DNA of 64,000 nt, taken from Vicugna vicugna (Eukaryota). Each line of letters starts with the position of its first letter. Position 1 is the stretch's first letter. The notes beneath the pieces are model-generated. The model was not told where the DNA came from, made no database searches, and was given only the letters and a program-made list of their open reading frames with translations. The position numbers and the translations under genes are program-made. This document shows positions 24,242-37,552 of this stretch, piece after piece. Location: positions 1,857,319 through 1,921,318 of the forward strand of contig MU061579.1 of the NCBI GenBank assembly GCA_013265495.1. The letters are read 5' to 3'.

Positions 24242-26119
24242 GGTCTTCTTCCTTCTTAAGAACCTTTAAGTAACGTGCAACTTTCTTGACATGCCTGTAG
24301 TCCTACTTGCCTTGTCCATGCCCCTGCTACAGAGCTCTCCTTCAGAGACTCTGCTGGAGGGAAGGGAGTTAGACCCAAATCAGTTCATTCAGATTTTAAA
24401 GTTGCTAAAGGAGTAAAAGTCTGGTCAAAAAATGGTCCAAGTAGGGCTAAGCAAAAATGCTACGATTCCTTGAAAATGATATATATACCAGGATGTTGTT
24501 GCCACATTATTTGCAATGGCAAAGAAAGAAAGGAAGAAAGGAAGCCAGCCTCAGGGGTGCTCATCTATAAAAAGCTATTTGAACTAAAAATGTTATGCTC
24601 AAATAGGAAATATTGTTCGAATTTTAAAATAATTAGGCAGAATTCTATATATTGGTACAGAATAATGCCTATGATAGACCACAAACTGGGGAAAAATAAG
24701 ACAAAATAATACATATGATAAAATCTGGTGGGTGAACATAAGTGTTAATAATGGTGGGCAAAGAGTGAAGGAAAAATAGTTCTGTCAGTTACACAGTCAT
24801 TCTGTCAGTCAATCAATAAACATTACTTTCTGAGTACCTGGCACCTCTATTTAAAATGCATACATTGTTATCAGTGATCAATTCAGACAAAAACCCCAAA
24901 AAATAAATATACAAAAATACCTTCCCAACCTATTCCTGTCAAATGTATGGTGAATTTTATTTTACACATAACTGCATTTTTTTCCACATATTACTTATGC
25001 AAATCACATGACTCCAATGGCCCCCAGGACCTAAACGTGTCACACTGACCGACCCTACTCACTGCACAGCTATGTGCCTAATTTACATTAACAGGGATGA
25101 CAAAGAAGATGACTCATAGTAAAGAACAAAGTTTTTGAATATCTCTTCTTTCATTTGGGTGGGAATCTTAATGTAATTCCCAAAGTAATTCCAGTATCAT
25201 TTCAGACAATAATGCGTTTTTTGATTATGTCACATTTAGCTGATCTCAGAGAAATTCTGGTTTGTGGATTTTATTTTCTCATACTGAACACAAACAGCAT
25301 ACACTTAGCAGTAGAAAAGGAATTTCAATAAAAAGTCCTACCCAAATATGGGATCTTTATGTCTTTTCGTCTTAAAAATATCAGCATATAGAGAAAAACA
25401 CTCTTCTCAGTAATCAAGTCAAAACTGCTTAGTAAAATTTAATTAATATGCCATGCTTGGTGATATAACTTTGATCGGCTACACTTCATTGGTAACACAG
25501 CAGTCACAGACATGCCAAAGGTTTAACTTGGTCAATTATTTGAGAAATTAGATATCAAGTTTATTATGATCGAGTGGCAAATTGATTTTCTATGATATAT
25601 GCAGGAGTGGGTTAGTTTCATAGGAAAACAGCTGGAATCATTGTAGAAATTAGCATTCTTTTTAAGATTTGTTTTTTTCTACATGCCTCTAAAAGAAGTT
25701 AATGCTTATCAAGTAAAGCCTTAGATTGTAGATGGAGGAATTTGATATTTACTGGGATATTTACTGTTCTACCCAGTAATAATTTCATGCTTCTCTTTGA
25801 CTGATTCAGAGTACTGTATAGCAGTTAAGATACTATTTAATCTTAATATAACATAAAATCTTTTTTGGATCAGAAAAAAAATGTGACTTTAAAAGAAAAG
25901 GGTGAAAGTTTATGATAAAAAGCATATTTACAAAGTATAAGATGCTCATGTTTGAAATAAGACTAAAATTGGAATTCAGACTGTAGTCTAATGGTTATGA
26001 CTTTACCCATACCATTTAACCAGTGCTAGCTTTGATTCCCTCATCTGTAATGTAAGACTGAAATACATGAGATTAAATATATAATGTATTTAGGGAGAAG
26101 ACTAAAATATTATAATAAA

Positions 26120-26370
26120 AATCACTAACAAATAAAGACTACTGACTTGTCTCAGGAAATGTTCTAAGGACTTTCTACATATTACCGCTAGAGTATATAT
26201 ATATATCTACTCCTACCTATCATATCCATATATATGTATGTATATATTCTCATTTTACAGATGAGGAAACTCAGGAACAGAGAGGTTAACATATCAGACC
26301 AAGGTTACACAGCTAAGAAATCAGAGAACCAGATCTGACTTTATAGAGTCAAGAATAGTACATTGCCTCT
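26120..26370 (-). mobile_element. MIR SINE
   Basis: Core 'ctcattttacagatgaggaaactcaggaacagagaggttaac...ccaaggttacacagctaagaaatcagagaaccagatct'. Confidence 0.8.
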
Positions 26371-27169
26371 GAAAGAAGTCAGTGATCAGTAACTATTTAA
26401 TTATCATCTTTGTGAAACTAAAAGACTATCTTCCTATAAATTAATCACAGAATTATAATATTAAAAAGCCATTTCTGATTTCTTTTTTTTCTGATTTCTT
26501 TTTCAGATGGCACTATTCTGGGTATATCCAGTTGCCAAATAAGAATTTATTTTTTTCTTCTAACACAGAAACCAAGACTTGGCAGTTATTTGCGAAATCT
26601 GTGCAATACAAGATGGGAGGAAAGGAAAAAAAAAAGGTAAATATTAATAACGTTTTTGAACACATTGTTTTATAAATCCTTCAAGTCTACCATCTTTTAT
26701 CGATGGAACACTAAGATATTCATATCTTACAAAATGCCACTTTAATCAACATTACTCACATTATTTTCTACTCAGCTCAAAGAACTGTCTTCCTAATTTG
26801 ACTGTTTGAACCCATGAAAATCATTAATTAATTATCATACAGCCTTCTCTCTTTCAAGGTCTAGAATTCCTCTTGTCTTCTTTTCTTCAGTTCTCATTAT
26901 AGATGAATTAATTGCATGCCATCGCTTTGATTTCTTTCCAAGTCTTTTCCAGCTATCATTATTGGTCGTGTCCCATACTGGACACGGAACAAATGAAAAA
27001 GAATGCTTTTGCTATAGAATCAGGAGATGATTTCAAGAAGCAAATCGGACTGGATTATTAAACCATAAAGGCTCTTGTAAACAACAAATACCCTCATCTC
27101 CATCTGCCATCTTCTTCATAGTGTTTTCTTGCTCCGGTTTTGATATTCAAAGAATCTTTGCTCGTATAT

Positions 27170-27320
27170 TTATTTATTCACTTACACATTACTCACAGTA
27201 GATAGAGAATATTTATCATATATCAAGCACTGTCTTAGATCTGGGGTCACAGAGAAGTAACTGAAGGAGTTCCTGACCCTGAGGAACTTGGAATTCAGTG
27301 CAAGAGAAAGATGGGTAGGA
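27170..27320 (-). mobile_element. L2 3' fragment
   Basis: 'tttattcac...tatcaagcactgtcttagatctggggtcacagag...cctgaccctgaggaacttggaattcagtg'. Confidence 0.6.
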
Positions 27321-27940
27321 GATGATGTTTGTCTGATGACATATAAACCTCCATACTCCCCATCTCTTATTCCCCAAGGGAGTTAATAATGTGTGCTCTC
27401 TAATTGCAAATGCTCAATTCAAAAGAGTTCAGAGAATCCATAAATGTACTTTCTGACTCTCTTATTGGGTAGCTTGTAGTACTATCACTATTCTGTTCAT
27501 AGAATGTCTATTTTCCTACTTAATTGAATTTGATGGCTATTTTTTTTTAACATTTTACTTCTTTAACAAATTCCAGTTAACCAGATGAAATACTTATTTT
27601 CAATTATCTGCCCTAATATTTATGATAAATGGCTTCACAACATAAACTCTGATAACCTGGTCATATATGAAGTCATTTTGTTTTTAAATTATGAACTTAG
27701 TGAACAAAGCATTTTGATTTATATAAATTTGCCAAACAAACATTTTAGAAATTAAAATACCTGGGTATATGCCAAAAATAATTTTACTTTTTAGTCTGAT
27801 TATAAATTTTCTCACTAAAAATAATATATAAACCAAACATGATATAAATTTAAAAATATAAAACCCATAAAAACTAAAATATTGATGTATCTGCATTTTC
27901 TAATTTAAAAAGTATCCATAAATGTACCCAGATACTCTTT

Positions 27941-27962
27941 TATATATATATATATATATATA
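27941..27962. repeat. (TA)11 microsatellite
   Basis: Read directly. Confidence 0.95.
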
Positions 27963-30900
27963 AGTGTGAAGATAGTCTAAACACTTTTTAGTGACCTGCT
28001 TTTTTCATTAAATGGTATGTAATTGATATAGTTTCATTAATAATGAAATGTAGTTAATAATGCCAATAAATAAAGGCTTTGTTTTATAGTATTCTATTAT
28101 ATGGATGCATGTAATTTATAATCCTTAGTGGATTGGCAATTACTTTGTTTTTAGAGTTTTCCTATGCACAAATAACTTTCCTAAGGGGTAACTCCTTGCA
28201 TTAAAATTGCTTTGAAATCTTTATCATGCACATTGATAAACTGTTCTCTTAAACAGCTATACCAACTTATAATTCCAGCTGCAGGTTTTTGATTGTTCTT
28301 GTGTTTGATTAATAAGCATACAAGGACATACACACACGTATTCAGTGACTACTTATATGAAAATAAAATGCATATGTTTATGAATTGTTAAAACTTCCAG
28401 CACAATAGTGAATGGGTAAGATTGGTTTTGTTTCTTGACTAGTCGTATAAAGTCTACATTAGACAACAGAATAAAATGGATCATGTACATGAAGTTACCA
28501 AAACGAAATTGTCTCCTTCTTTCAGAAACATGTACTACACTATTAATACGAAATTTTAAGAAAATGGAAGTAAATAAAGTCTAATCCCAGAATCATTTTT
28601 TTTCTATCAAATAGCATTCAATTACTCTATGTATCTTTAAGCAGCTCCAATTTAAAATAAAATCCATTTGTTTTCCTATGAGGGAAATAGAGACTAGTGT
28701 ATCCATCATACAACAGCTTCTTCTTATTCTAAAATATAGACTCTATTTCAAATCCCTCTTAATTCATATTCTTCATGTTACTTTATTCATGGCTGCAAGA
28801 ACATGTACCAAGAAAGAGAGAGCGGGCCCTTGTAAACAAAAACAAATTCATTAAACGCACTGCTTCAGTGTAAGGGAGCACCGTTGTTAGGCAACTAACT
28901 TCTAAAAAATTCGTAAAATAAAAGGACATCACCTTAGGAGATGATTTAAGTCGTCATAGAAACTACTATTTTAAAACCAAGGTTAGTGCCCAGTGTTTCC
29001 TTTCTTCCTCCTGATTTAAGATTTGTAAAATCTTGTTCTCTTTCCACAGCTTTTATTTTTATATCATAAAACTATAAATTTTAGGTGTGCCAAGCTGTCT
29101 CCAGTAGTCTTCCTGGCAATAGACAGATATCACCATCATGAGGATGATGCTGATGGCATTATTTCCTCACAGATTTTGCAACGAGTACATTTAATATTTA
29201 TTTGCAACTGAAAAGGTGCTTTGGAAATATCAGCTACCACAATAGAAATGGTGAAATATCTTTGAGAAGTTTAAGATTTTTAGTAGTTAGATGCTGGTTT
29301 TTTGTAAAGCCAGATTTATTGCTAATAACAATTTCAGCATTTGGTTTTCTGAGATTTAATTTTTTTCCTTCCTCTTCCTTCTTCTTCTTCTTCTTTTTTT
29401 TTTTTAACAGTTTGTCTGCAGCAAATATTTCATGCTTTTCTGAGATTTTTATTACTAATCTTAAAACAACAGTGATCCGTTAGTTACATACTGTGCTCTA
29501 TCTAGCAGGAGTTCAACCCCACTCAATATCCCTGACCCATTAAACCCCTCTAATAAATGAAGCTGAGGTCAAAAATATAGTTTCAATGCTCTACAGTGAA
29601 TTTTTTCTTCAGAGAGGTAAAAAAAAGTTAAAGTATATTTTGTGATTTCTCTTTCTTGACTTTTGGTATCTTCCTTAGATTGCATTTCACTGGTCTGATC
29701 TATTAGGACCCTATTGCTTAACATCTGGAGTCTCCCTCATCCCTCACAGGACTACAAGGGACAAGGGAAGGAATAGAAGAAGAAATGAAGTAAATAAATT
29801 AGTGTAACTACTCTGCATCTCAGGGAGAAGGACTTTTCCCATGTTTCACTATCCTAAGATTTGCCTCTCTACACCCCTGTACATGTCACAGAGTGAATAA
29901 CAGGGGGGAACTTCACCCACGTGCTGATTCCTTTTCTTCCACGACTCTGCCCCTCTCCCTTTTGGCAGGAGGGTGCCAGTTAAGTATTGAACAAGGAAGT
30001 GCAATCCTAGATATTTTAATAAGCTTCAGCAAAGTCTTCAGGCATGGGTTGGGCATTACTTTCATTAGAGGATCTCTGAGGGATGATTTCGAAGGAGGAG
30101 ACATGGTGTGCAATGCTCGCTCATGGGGCTACTGATGGACTGAAGCACTGGCTTAGGTCCTTTCCTGAGTGTTTCCCAGGTGGCAGAACGCACTGTGACA
30201 GGCAGTCAGGACATGGTGCAATGCATCTCCATCTCTTCAATATGGTGGCCCGGGTCTGAATCCTTCATGTTGGATCCAACTGATAACATCATTTTGGGTT
30301 CTAACAACTATCCTACTACCCTTTCCTAGTCGTTTCCTCTATTTTTCCAGGTAAGGTCACTCTATCTAGTCTTCTCTGGGGTCCAGATAGGTCTGGATCT
30401 TTTCATGACTACAGGACTTTTAATCTCATTCTGTACCACTATTCCATTTGGGGCTTTGCTTTTATTCTTTTGGGATTTTGTTTGTTTTGCTTGTTTGTTC
30501 TTTGAATCTTTTTGTTTGTTCATTTGTTTCTGAGACTGTTTTTACTTCAAGTCTTAACGTTGCAGAATTTTGTTTTCAAAACTGCTGTGTCTAGGAATGC
30601 TTGAAGAGCCTATCGTGGCTATCCTAAAAGCATCCTCATTCTTCAAAGAGAAATGCCTCCATCTGATTCAGGGAACAGTCACTGACACAGAAATGAGCAA
30701 AGGAAAAGAATACATGTGGTCATTTAAAATATTATCTTCATATAGTTGCTAAGCAGAGAGGAATCAAGAAGCCTTTTGTCTACAAAGGTCCATGAAATCC
30801 TTACAGTTGAGTTAATCCAGCTCAATTCACTGAGATGGGAAACCACTAAGACCAGTGGTTTAGGCTAGTATCTTCTTAAACACTTGTTTCTCAGGACATG

Positions 30901-31519
30901 ATGCTATTTTCAAGTAAAATAAAATAAAAAGCGAAGGTGGTGTTTTGTGAACCAACATTTGAGGAATGCAATGTTAAACAAGGTTTAATAGGTTCCAGTA
31001 CCTAAGGTGTTAATATAAATAGAAATTTCCATTTATATTATAGATTTAATTAACAGGATTTCCCAAAAGAATTTTCCCAAAGAACCCTATGTTCAGGGTT
31101 CATGCCTCTACCTGAGTTGCACCTACATCATGCTTCCATGGAAGAAAGATTAAGGTATTAAACAGATATAAAATAGGAGCTGTCACTTTGAGACATGCTG
31201 TTGTAAACTAATGAACAATGGACAATTTCCAGAACATTTCCTCTTCATGTCTTTCTTGGTAATTTGTACTCATGATCTCTTGGCTAAAGGTACAGAAATG
31301 TGGAATCCTTGCCCTGTCTTCATTATTCTATGTACCCACACATTTACTTAATGCTTAAATGAAAAGAAAAAAATTGAATATTAAATAGATATTAAATTGC
31401 AACATTAATATTAGTTGTTATGTAATCTGAAAAGTATTAACATGAAAATTATATAAAAAGATGTATGAATTTTGTTTCTATTTTGATGGAATAAACCCAA
31501 ATCTATAGGATCTTATATG

Positions 31520-32340
31520 AAAAACACAAACTAAATAAACAATACAAAATATTTCACTCTTACTCTTCACCCCCTTAAGGCAATGATTTTACTGTGTTTA
31601 ATATGCAAATACCTCTCATTTTTATGAATGCCTGCAAAATAGGTATGTGTATATAACAATTAAGGTGCAAGTATTATGTGTATATAATAATCTTAATAAT
31701 TTATTAAAATATATACAAAATATTACTAATTAAGAAATGCTGAATTGTTTTCCCATATGAAGAGAGTTTTTATATCACTGTCTTTTATGAACCTTTTCTA
31801 ATTTTGCTAATAACAGAAATTAAGAAATACTGTTTTCTTTAATTCCATTTCTCTGATTACTAATTATTTGGACTATCTCTTAACATAATTGTTAGTTTTT
31901 GTATTTCCTTGTTTGTAAATGGCCTGTTCATAATTTTTTTCTATTTGTCCACTGAGACTGGTATCTTTTTAACTTTTATTTGCAGGAATAAATTGTTGAT
32001 TCCAGATATTAATTCTTTCTTGGTTTCAAACATTGCAAATATTTTTTCCCACTCTGTAGCCCACCTATTATCTTTGTCTACAATATTCTTCATTTAGCAA
32101 CAGTGATTAATCATATGAGATAATTTAACCATTTTTTGCTTTGTGGCTTTTGTACATAAATTTTTTTAGATACTTTCCACCCCTAGGTCACAGAGATACT
32201 CTGCAATATTTCTTTTATAAACTATGCATTTTATTTTTCACCATTTTGTGTTTAATTCATTCTAGGTCTACCTTTGTGTGAGATATTATGTGATGATTAA
32301 AATGTAATGTTTACATTTAACTGGTGCTGAGAGTCTATTA
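31520..32340 (-). mobile_element. Old LINE-1 ORF2 end/3'UTR fragment
   Basis: T-rich antisense L1: 'tttaattccatttctctgattactaat', 'ttgcaaatattttttcccactctgtagcc', 'ttccacccctaggtcacagagatactctgcaatatttct'. Confidence 0.8.
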
Positions 32341-34837
32341 GAATGTGATGTTTTCTAAACACTGTTTTCAATTCACTTACAGCCTTGCAACAGCGTACAC
32401 AGAGAACTTGACCTCCAGAGAAGATCACTTTTAAAAGTCCTCTTCTTCCATATGTCAAAATTATTTTAATTAATAAACTAAACAAGGACAATAACTATTT
32501 CCTTGATTCATTCAATGAACAATTAATAATTTTCAAAGAATAAATCTGTTTTTAAAATATTGTTCAAATTTAGTGAAATATTGCTTGCATGAACTACAAT
32601 TTGACATACCAAACAAAAATACCACACCATATATTTTGTATTCTGTTTTTCTGAGTTAAAATTTAAACACAAATAAAAACTTCAAGAGGTCACACAGAAA
32701 GATTAAATTAAAATAAGAGAACTTCTGTTTCTTCGTCATTATTTTTCCTGGCTATCAGATTATTTTGAAGCTGCTGTCTAAACACAGAAATGGGATGCAG
32801 CACAGAGAGTGGAGACAAGACTGACATCCAATGCAAGTGCAAACGATTCCAAACTGTTACTGAGTCTTTAAATAAATGTATGTAACTGAGTCCCAGAGTG
32901 TCACAAGCCAACTGTGTAACTGGAGGTTCTTTGTATTAACTTCCATGCATCATCCAATGTTAACTAAAGAGTGAGTAACAAAACATAGACTGATTTGATG
33001 TTTACATAAATACTGAAATTCACAATAACCACAGCAAATGTTTACAGCTCAGCCCAAGAAAATATTTTTAGGAGACATACTTTATCACTGATATTATTCT
33101 GGATTACTGGTGCATGGTAATGGAACACAGCAGGACAACATTTAGAGGGTTCGATTACAGCTTTTGAATTCTAACAGATAATGACTGTACCTACATGTTA
33201 GGAGCACTTGTGGACAGTACCCCCCTGCCATGACTTGGCACAGCAGTGCTTCGAGATTAGAATCTGAGGTGCCAGTTCCAGGCCAAAGCATCATCCTATG
33301 TATGTCCCTATGGTCCCCAAGTTTAATTTCATGTTGATTGTGGAAGGTTTTGATCAGCAGTAAATTCTGTCTGTGACTCCAGTAAGATGACTCTCCCTGC
33401 TTCGGGATCTGTACGATTGGGAAGAGGCAAGGAAAGTAGACACCTCCACTCATCTCTATCTGGAAAGTTGCACCCCAAAATAGGAGTGTCACTTCATTTG
33501 TGATGATGTTGCAGTCTAGCCTGGCTCTGTGGTGGGACTTCACAAGTTAAAAAGCCACAGAACATCTGGATTGGCTTGAGCATGAACAAGCAAAGGACCC
33601 CTGTCTGATGGAATGATTAAAAGTTTAAAGTGCTGTTTTAATTCAATCAATTAAAAGCACAAACAGCATGGGTCTGATTGAATCAATTTGAAAAATTACA
33701 CAGCAGTCAATGTGCTCATCAGCAGGAGTGCAAAATTCATGTATCACCTACAAACAGCTTGAAATCTGTATCCTTCAATTAGACGTAGCAAATAATCTTT
33801 TAGCACATTTCAGAAAGGTGACTGTTTTTGCAGAAGCAAAGGAAGGTGCTACACCAGAGGAATATGCTATTAGTTACCGCTAGCCCAGCTGGCATCCAGT
33901 TTGAACTATTTAACACACAAATACCATATCTTGGTTATGAATAACTTTGTGCCCTTCATATTCCTCCAAATTTGATCTGAAGCATGCAAATGTATTTCTA
34001 TTACTTTTATGTAAAAAAATAGTATTTGAATATCAAGATGTAGTCTAAAAATACAATAACATGAAATAATAGCTGAAGGCAATGATAGTTTAAGATAATC
34101 ATAAAACCACTGAGGTAATTGTTGTATACCTGCTCACTATAGCAAGAATTTGCTAAAATGGATATTAATATTTATAGCTATAGCCAAATAAAGCTCACAG
34201 AGCCAGTGATAAAATTCAGCTTCCTAAAAAAGTTAATAAATATTCCATATTTCTAATGCACTCCTTTTTTAACAATTCTGGGGTCTGACTATGATTAATA
34301 GAATTGTTTGGAGAGGAAGAGATGGTTTCTATATAATTCTTACCACTTTAATTGAGCCAAGAACATCATACACTCAGTTGGGGAGGTCTGTTGGGGGGCA
34401 AGAGGGGAAACTAGTATGCACGCATTTTCAAGTGAAAAATATAAAATAAAATAAATCACACTAACCTGAGCACTTCCATTACACCAGCACAAAGCTTTAT
34501 ATATTCTGATTTCAAGGTGTGTAACAGTTTGTGTTCCCTTAACCATATCTGATTTAAAAAGCTTTAGAATGTAGGTACAAGTAAAGAAATGTTGGGTTCT
34601 TCTCTCCCTGTATTAAGTAAGACTACGCCAGTCTTCACCCTCAGTTTTATTCAGGATGCAAACAGAAACCGTGATCCCAGCTGGACTGCCAGGAGAAAAG
34701 TCTGTCCTAGAGTAAGAGCTCGGCTAATGTTAGAATGTTAGTTACTATCTTTCAGACTTAAAATCAAATTAATTTAGGATCATTAATTTCATTATTACAA
34801 GTCCATAATAATTTATTGCAAACCCCTAGGGGTCCTA

Positions 34838-34909
34838 TAAGTATTTATTTATTCCAAGTATCTGGGGGAGTTGGATTTTATGAATTTTGGATTTCAGAAA
34901 GCTAATGAA

Positions 34910-34954
<45 letters not shown>

Positions 34955-35152
34955 CATATATGCTATAAACTGTAACATCTGCTTCATGCAGAGGTAGGGT
35001 GTAACATCCTAAAATCAAACAGACTGATGCTTCTGAAAAAAGAACATGTTAATAGTCAATCTATTTAGAATAATTTGTTTTTGTCACAAAATAAGTTGAA
35101 TTTTTTTTTTTGAATTTTGAGAACATTTTGTGTTCTAGAGATATGGATCTAT
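34838..35152. mobile_element. MER46C-like (Tigger family) DNA transposon
   Basis: 'aattttggatttcagaaagctaatg', 'tgtaacatc...aaaatcaaacagactgatgcttctg' and the end 'gagatatggatctata' resemble MER46C. It is interrupted by a (TG)n run. Confidence 0.6.
34913..34950. repeat. (TG)19 microsatellite
   Basis: Read directly. Confidence 0.97.
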
Positions 35153-35154
35153 AC

Positions 35155-35310
35155 TCATGACAACCTTTTAAGTTAAAATGATTCCACACGTACTGGAGCA
35201 ATGCAGAAACAGGTCTGGAGAGGTGAAATAAAATCACTCAGCTGAGTAGTAATGAAGACAGGATTCGAAGCCAAGCCAATTGGCTCCAAAGCCCACATAT
35301 TTCTCCCTCC
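35155..35310 (-). mobile_element. MIR SINE fragment
   Basis: 'gagaggtgaaataaaatcactcagctgagtagtaatgaagacaggattcgaagccaagcc...ctccaaagccca'. Confidence 0.65.
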
Positions 35311-37552
35311 TCACTCCTTCCCTCTCTGTGCTTAATACTACCACGATCATTTCACCTCTATGGTCACCCAATCTCAGGCTTTTCTGACCGTAGGGGGAGG
35401 TGTTGTTTCACAACATAAGTAGGAAAGAACAGGCAGCAGTGCGTGCGGCATGTGCCCCAGCACGGGGCTCCTCCCGATGATGCTCCTGCTGCACACGGTC
35501 TCACAGGGTGTTCTCTCAGATCTGCACCGGAACTTCATTCAGTTACCAATCATGGATTAAATGCACTGTTTGTGCCACAAATGAGTGTCATATTTCAAAA
35601 CACAAATGCTGGGATAATGTGTTCATGTCTCATTTATACCAGCAGCACTTAGTCTGCTGCACTGACCTGGACGAGAGGACACACTAGAGGGCACAAGTGA
35701 GTGCCCATCAACGGGAAGAGGCAGGTAAATGAGCTCTGAGATATGAATCTCTTCATCTGTGGGACCTGCTAATCGAAGCAAGGCTGTAGGAGCTGTGGTC
35801 AAATCTGATGACCTGTAATGTAGATGGTTAGAAATCAATGACTTGCTATGTATGACAATGCTGAATCTTACTGTTTATTTGAAGTAAATGATAGGGGGAA
35901 AAAAAAAACACATGTAAATCTTCAAGAAAATAGTGTCAAGTAATTTAGAAGTACTTCACATCTTGTCACTCAGGATATTTTTGAATCGTAATGCTACAAA
36001 TTATAATTATATATTATGCAGCTAGTGAAAGCAGTTTTATTTAAACCCATGCCACTACACTACTTAGAACAGCAAAAGGCCCTCCCATCCAAGATACAAA
36101 ATAAAAATCATCAAATATCTATGCATACTGAAGTATTCCCATCAAGTTATTTAGAACAAAGATCATCGCTGAAAACAATGTAAGTGTAAATAATATTTTA
36201 ACAATAGAATGCAATTATTAATGAACAGAACATAAATTTCTGCCAAGACATTCCACCATAAACAGGGTATGAATTAGGCTTTTGTAAGTAAGAAAGGGTC
36301 TACAAGCACCACTAAAGATCTTGCTTCAAACATTTTGAAACCACATTTCTCAAAAGTGCTATGAGTTAAAAGACTATTTATTCCTACTGTGTTGGGTGTT
36401 TAGTGTACTTTCTGGTTTAACTGACTACTGAATAAGATTTTATTCTTAGTATAGGTAATCTTTTTATCAATAATCTCTCATAGCATCAAATAATAGAAAG
36501 CTGGGCCATTCAGAGATAATTAAACACTTCATATTAATTGAATACAATAGATGTAATTATACGTGGGACAATAAAAATTTTTTACATCACTGTGCAGTCG
36601 AATCAGAATGAATGAGTTGATTGTGCTTAAGTGTTATTCTTTTTCAGCTATGTAAGACACAATACAAAGGAATCTTACTATCCTCTAGGGGTTTTATTCA
36701 TTGTATCTCATAATCAAAGGGGGCTGTCTCCTACCATGGTACTTTTGAGAGGCCAGAAGGTATGTTTATTGAACATATGAATTAATTCACTATTGTTCTT
36801 ATTGATATGGTTCTGTTTAGTCATGATAGCTCTTGGATTAGTTTTCATAGATGACTAATCATCAAAGGTTTAGATGGTAAGAGTTACCTACTCTTCACAT
36901 TTTCAATAGCATGATACAACGAGAGCACAATCAGTATTTTTTAAACAAATAATTAGCAAATCAGGCACAGAGAAGAGCATACAATTTGCTCCGTGAAGTT
37001 TCAGTTCTCTGAATTTTTAAGTTTCAGCCACACCTTGACAGAAAAGTTCACACAAGGCAAACGCTGTAACATTCCAGAGGAAGGAATCTCTATCTTCTAG
37101 TCTGTATCAAGAAATGTAAATTCTTCTAAATCAATGGCTGGACACGGCTAGAGTTAGGTAATAAACTTTGGATTACACCCCTAAGATTGAAGGTTACTAA
37201 CCTTTTTTCAATCCTTCTCATGAAAGATTAACTTTTTTTTTTAACTTAGTAAGTCATTAGTTTAAAAAAAATCCATTTTTTGACATTTAGCATGCAAAAG
37301 AGTAAAATGTTAGTGGTGTTGGATATCTACACAGTACCTGCTGGGGGATGGGGCCCTTTCTGATATGATATCCACTGACAACCTCTTCACTGTTCTTCTT
37401 TATTAGGAACCAGTTATGACTTGGCCTAAGTAACGCACATAACGTTTTACTCCATATACTCTGATATCATTCAAAGTAAGTTACAGACAATATAGGATCC
37501 ATATGATACTCTTTTTAATGAAGCTTATAATATGTACCTAGATAAGTGAAGT

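Noticed and set aside
29086..29185. Exon-like segment encoding ...DRYHHHEDDADG...
   Set aside because: Poor donor (cga|gtacat), and I recognise no protein similarity on either strand.
34655..34711. 57-nt exon-like segment with collagen-like PAGLPGEK
   Set aside because: No sustained Gly-X-Y periodicity and only modest splice sites.
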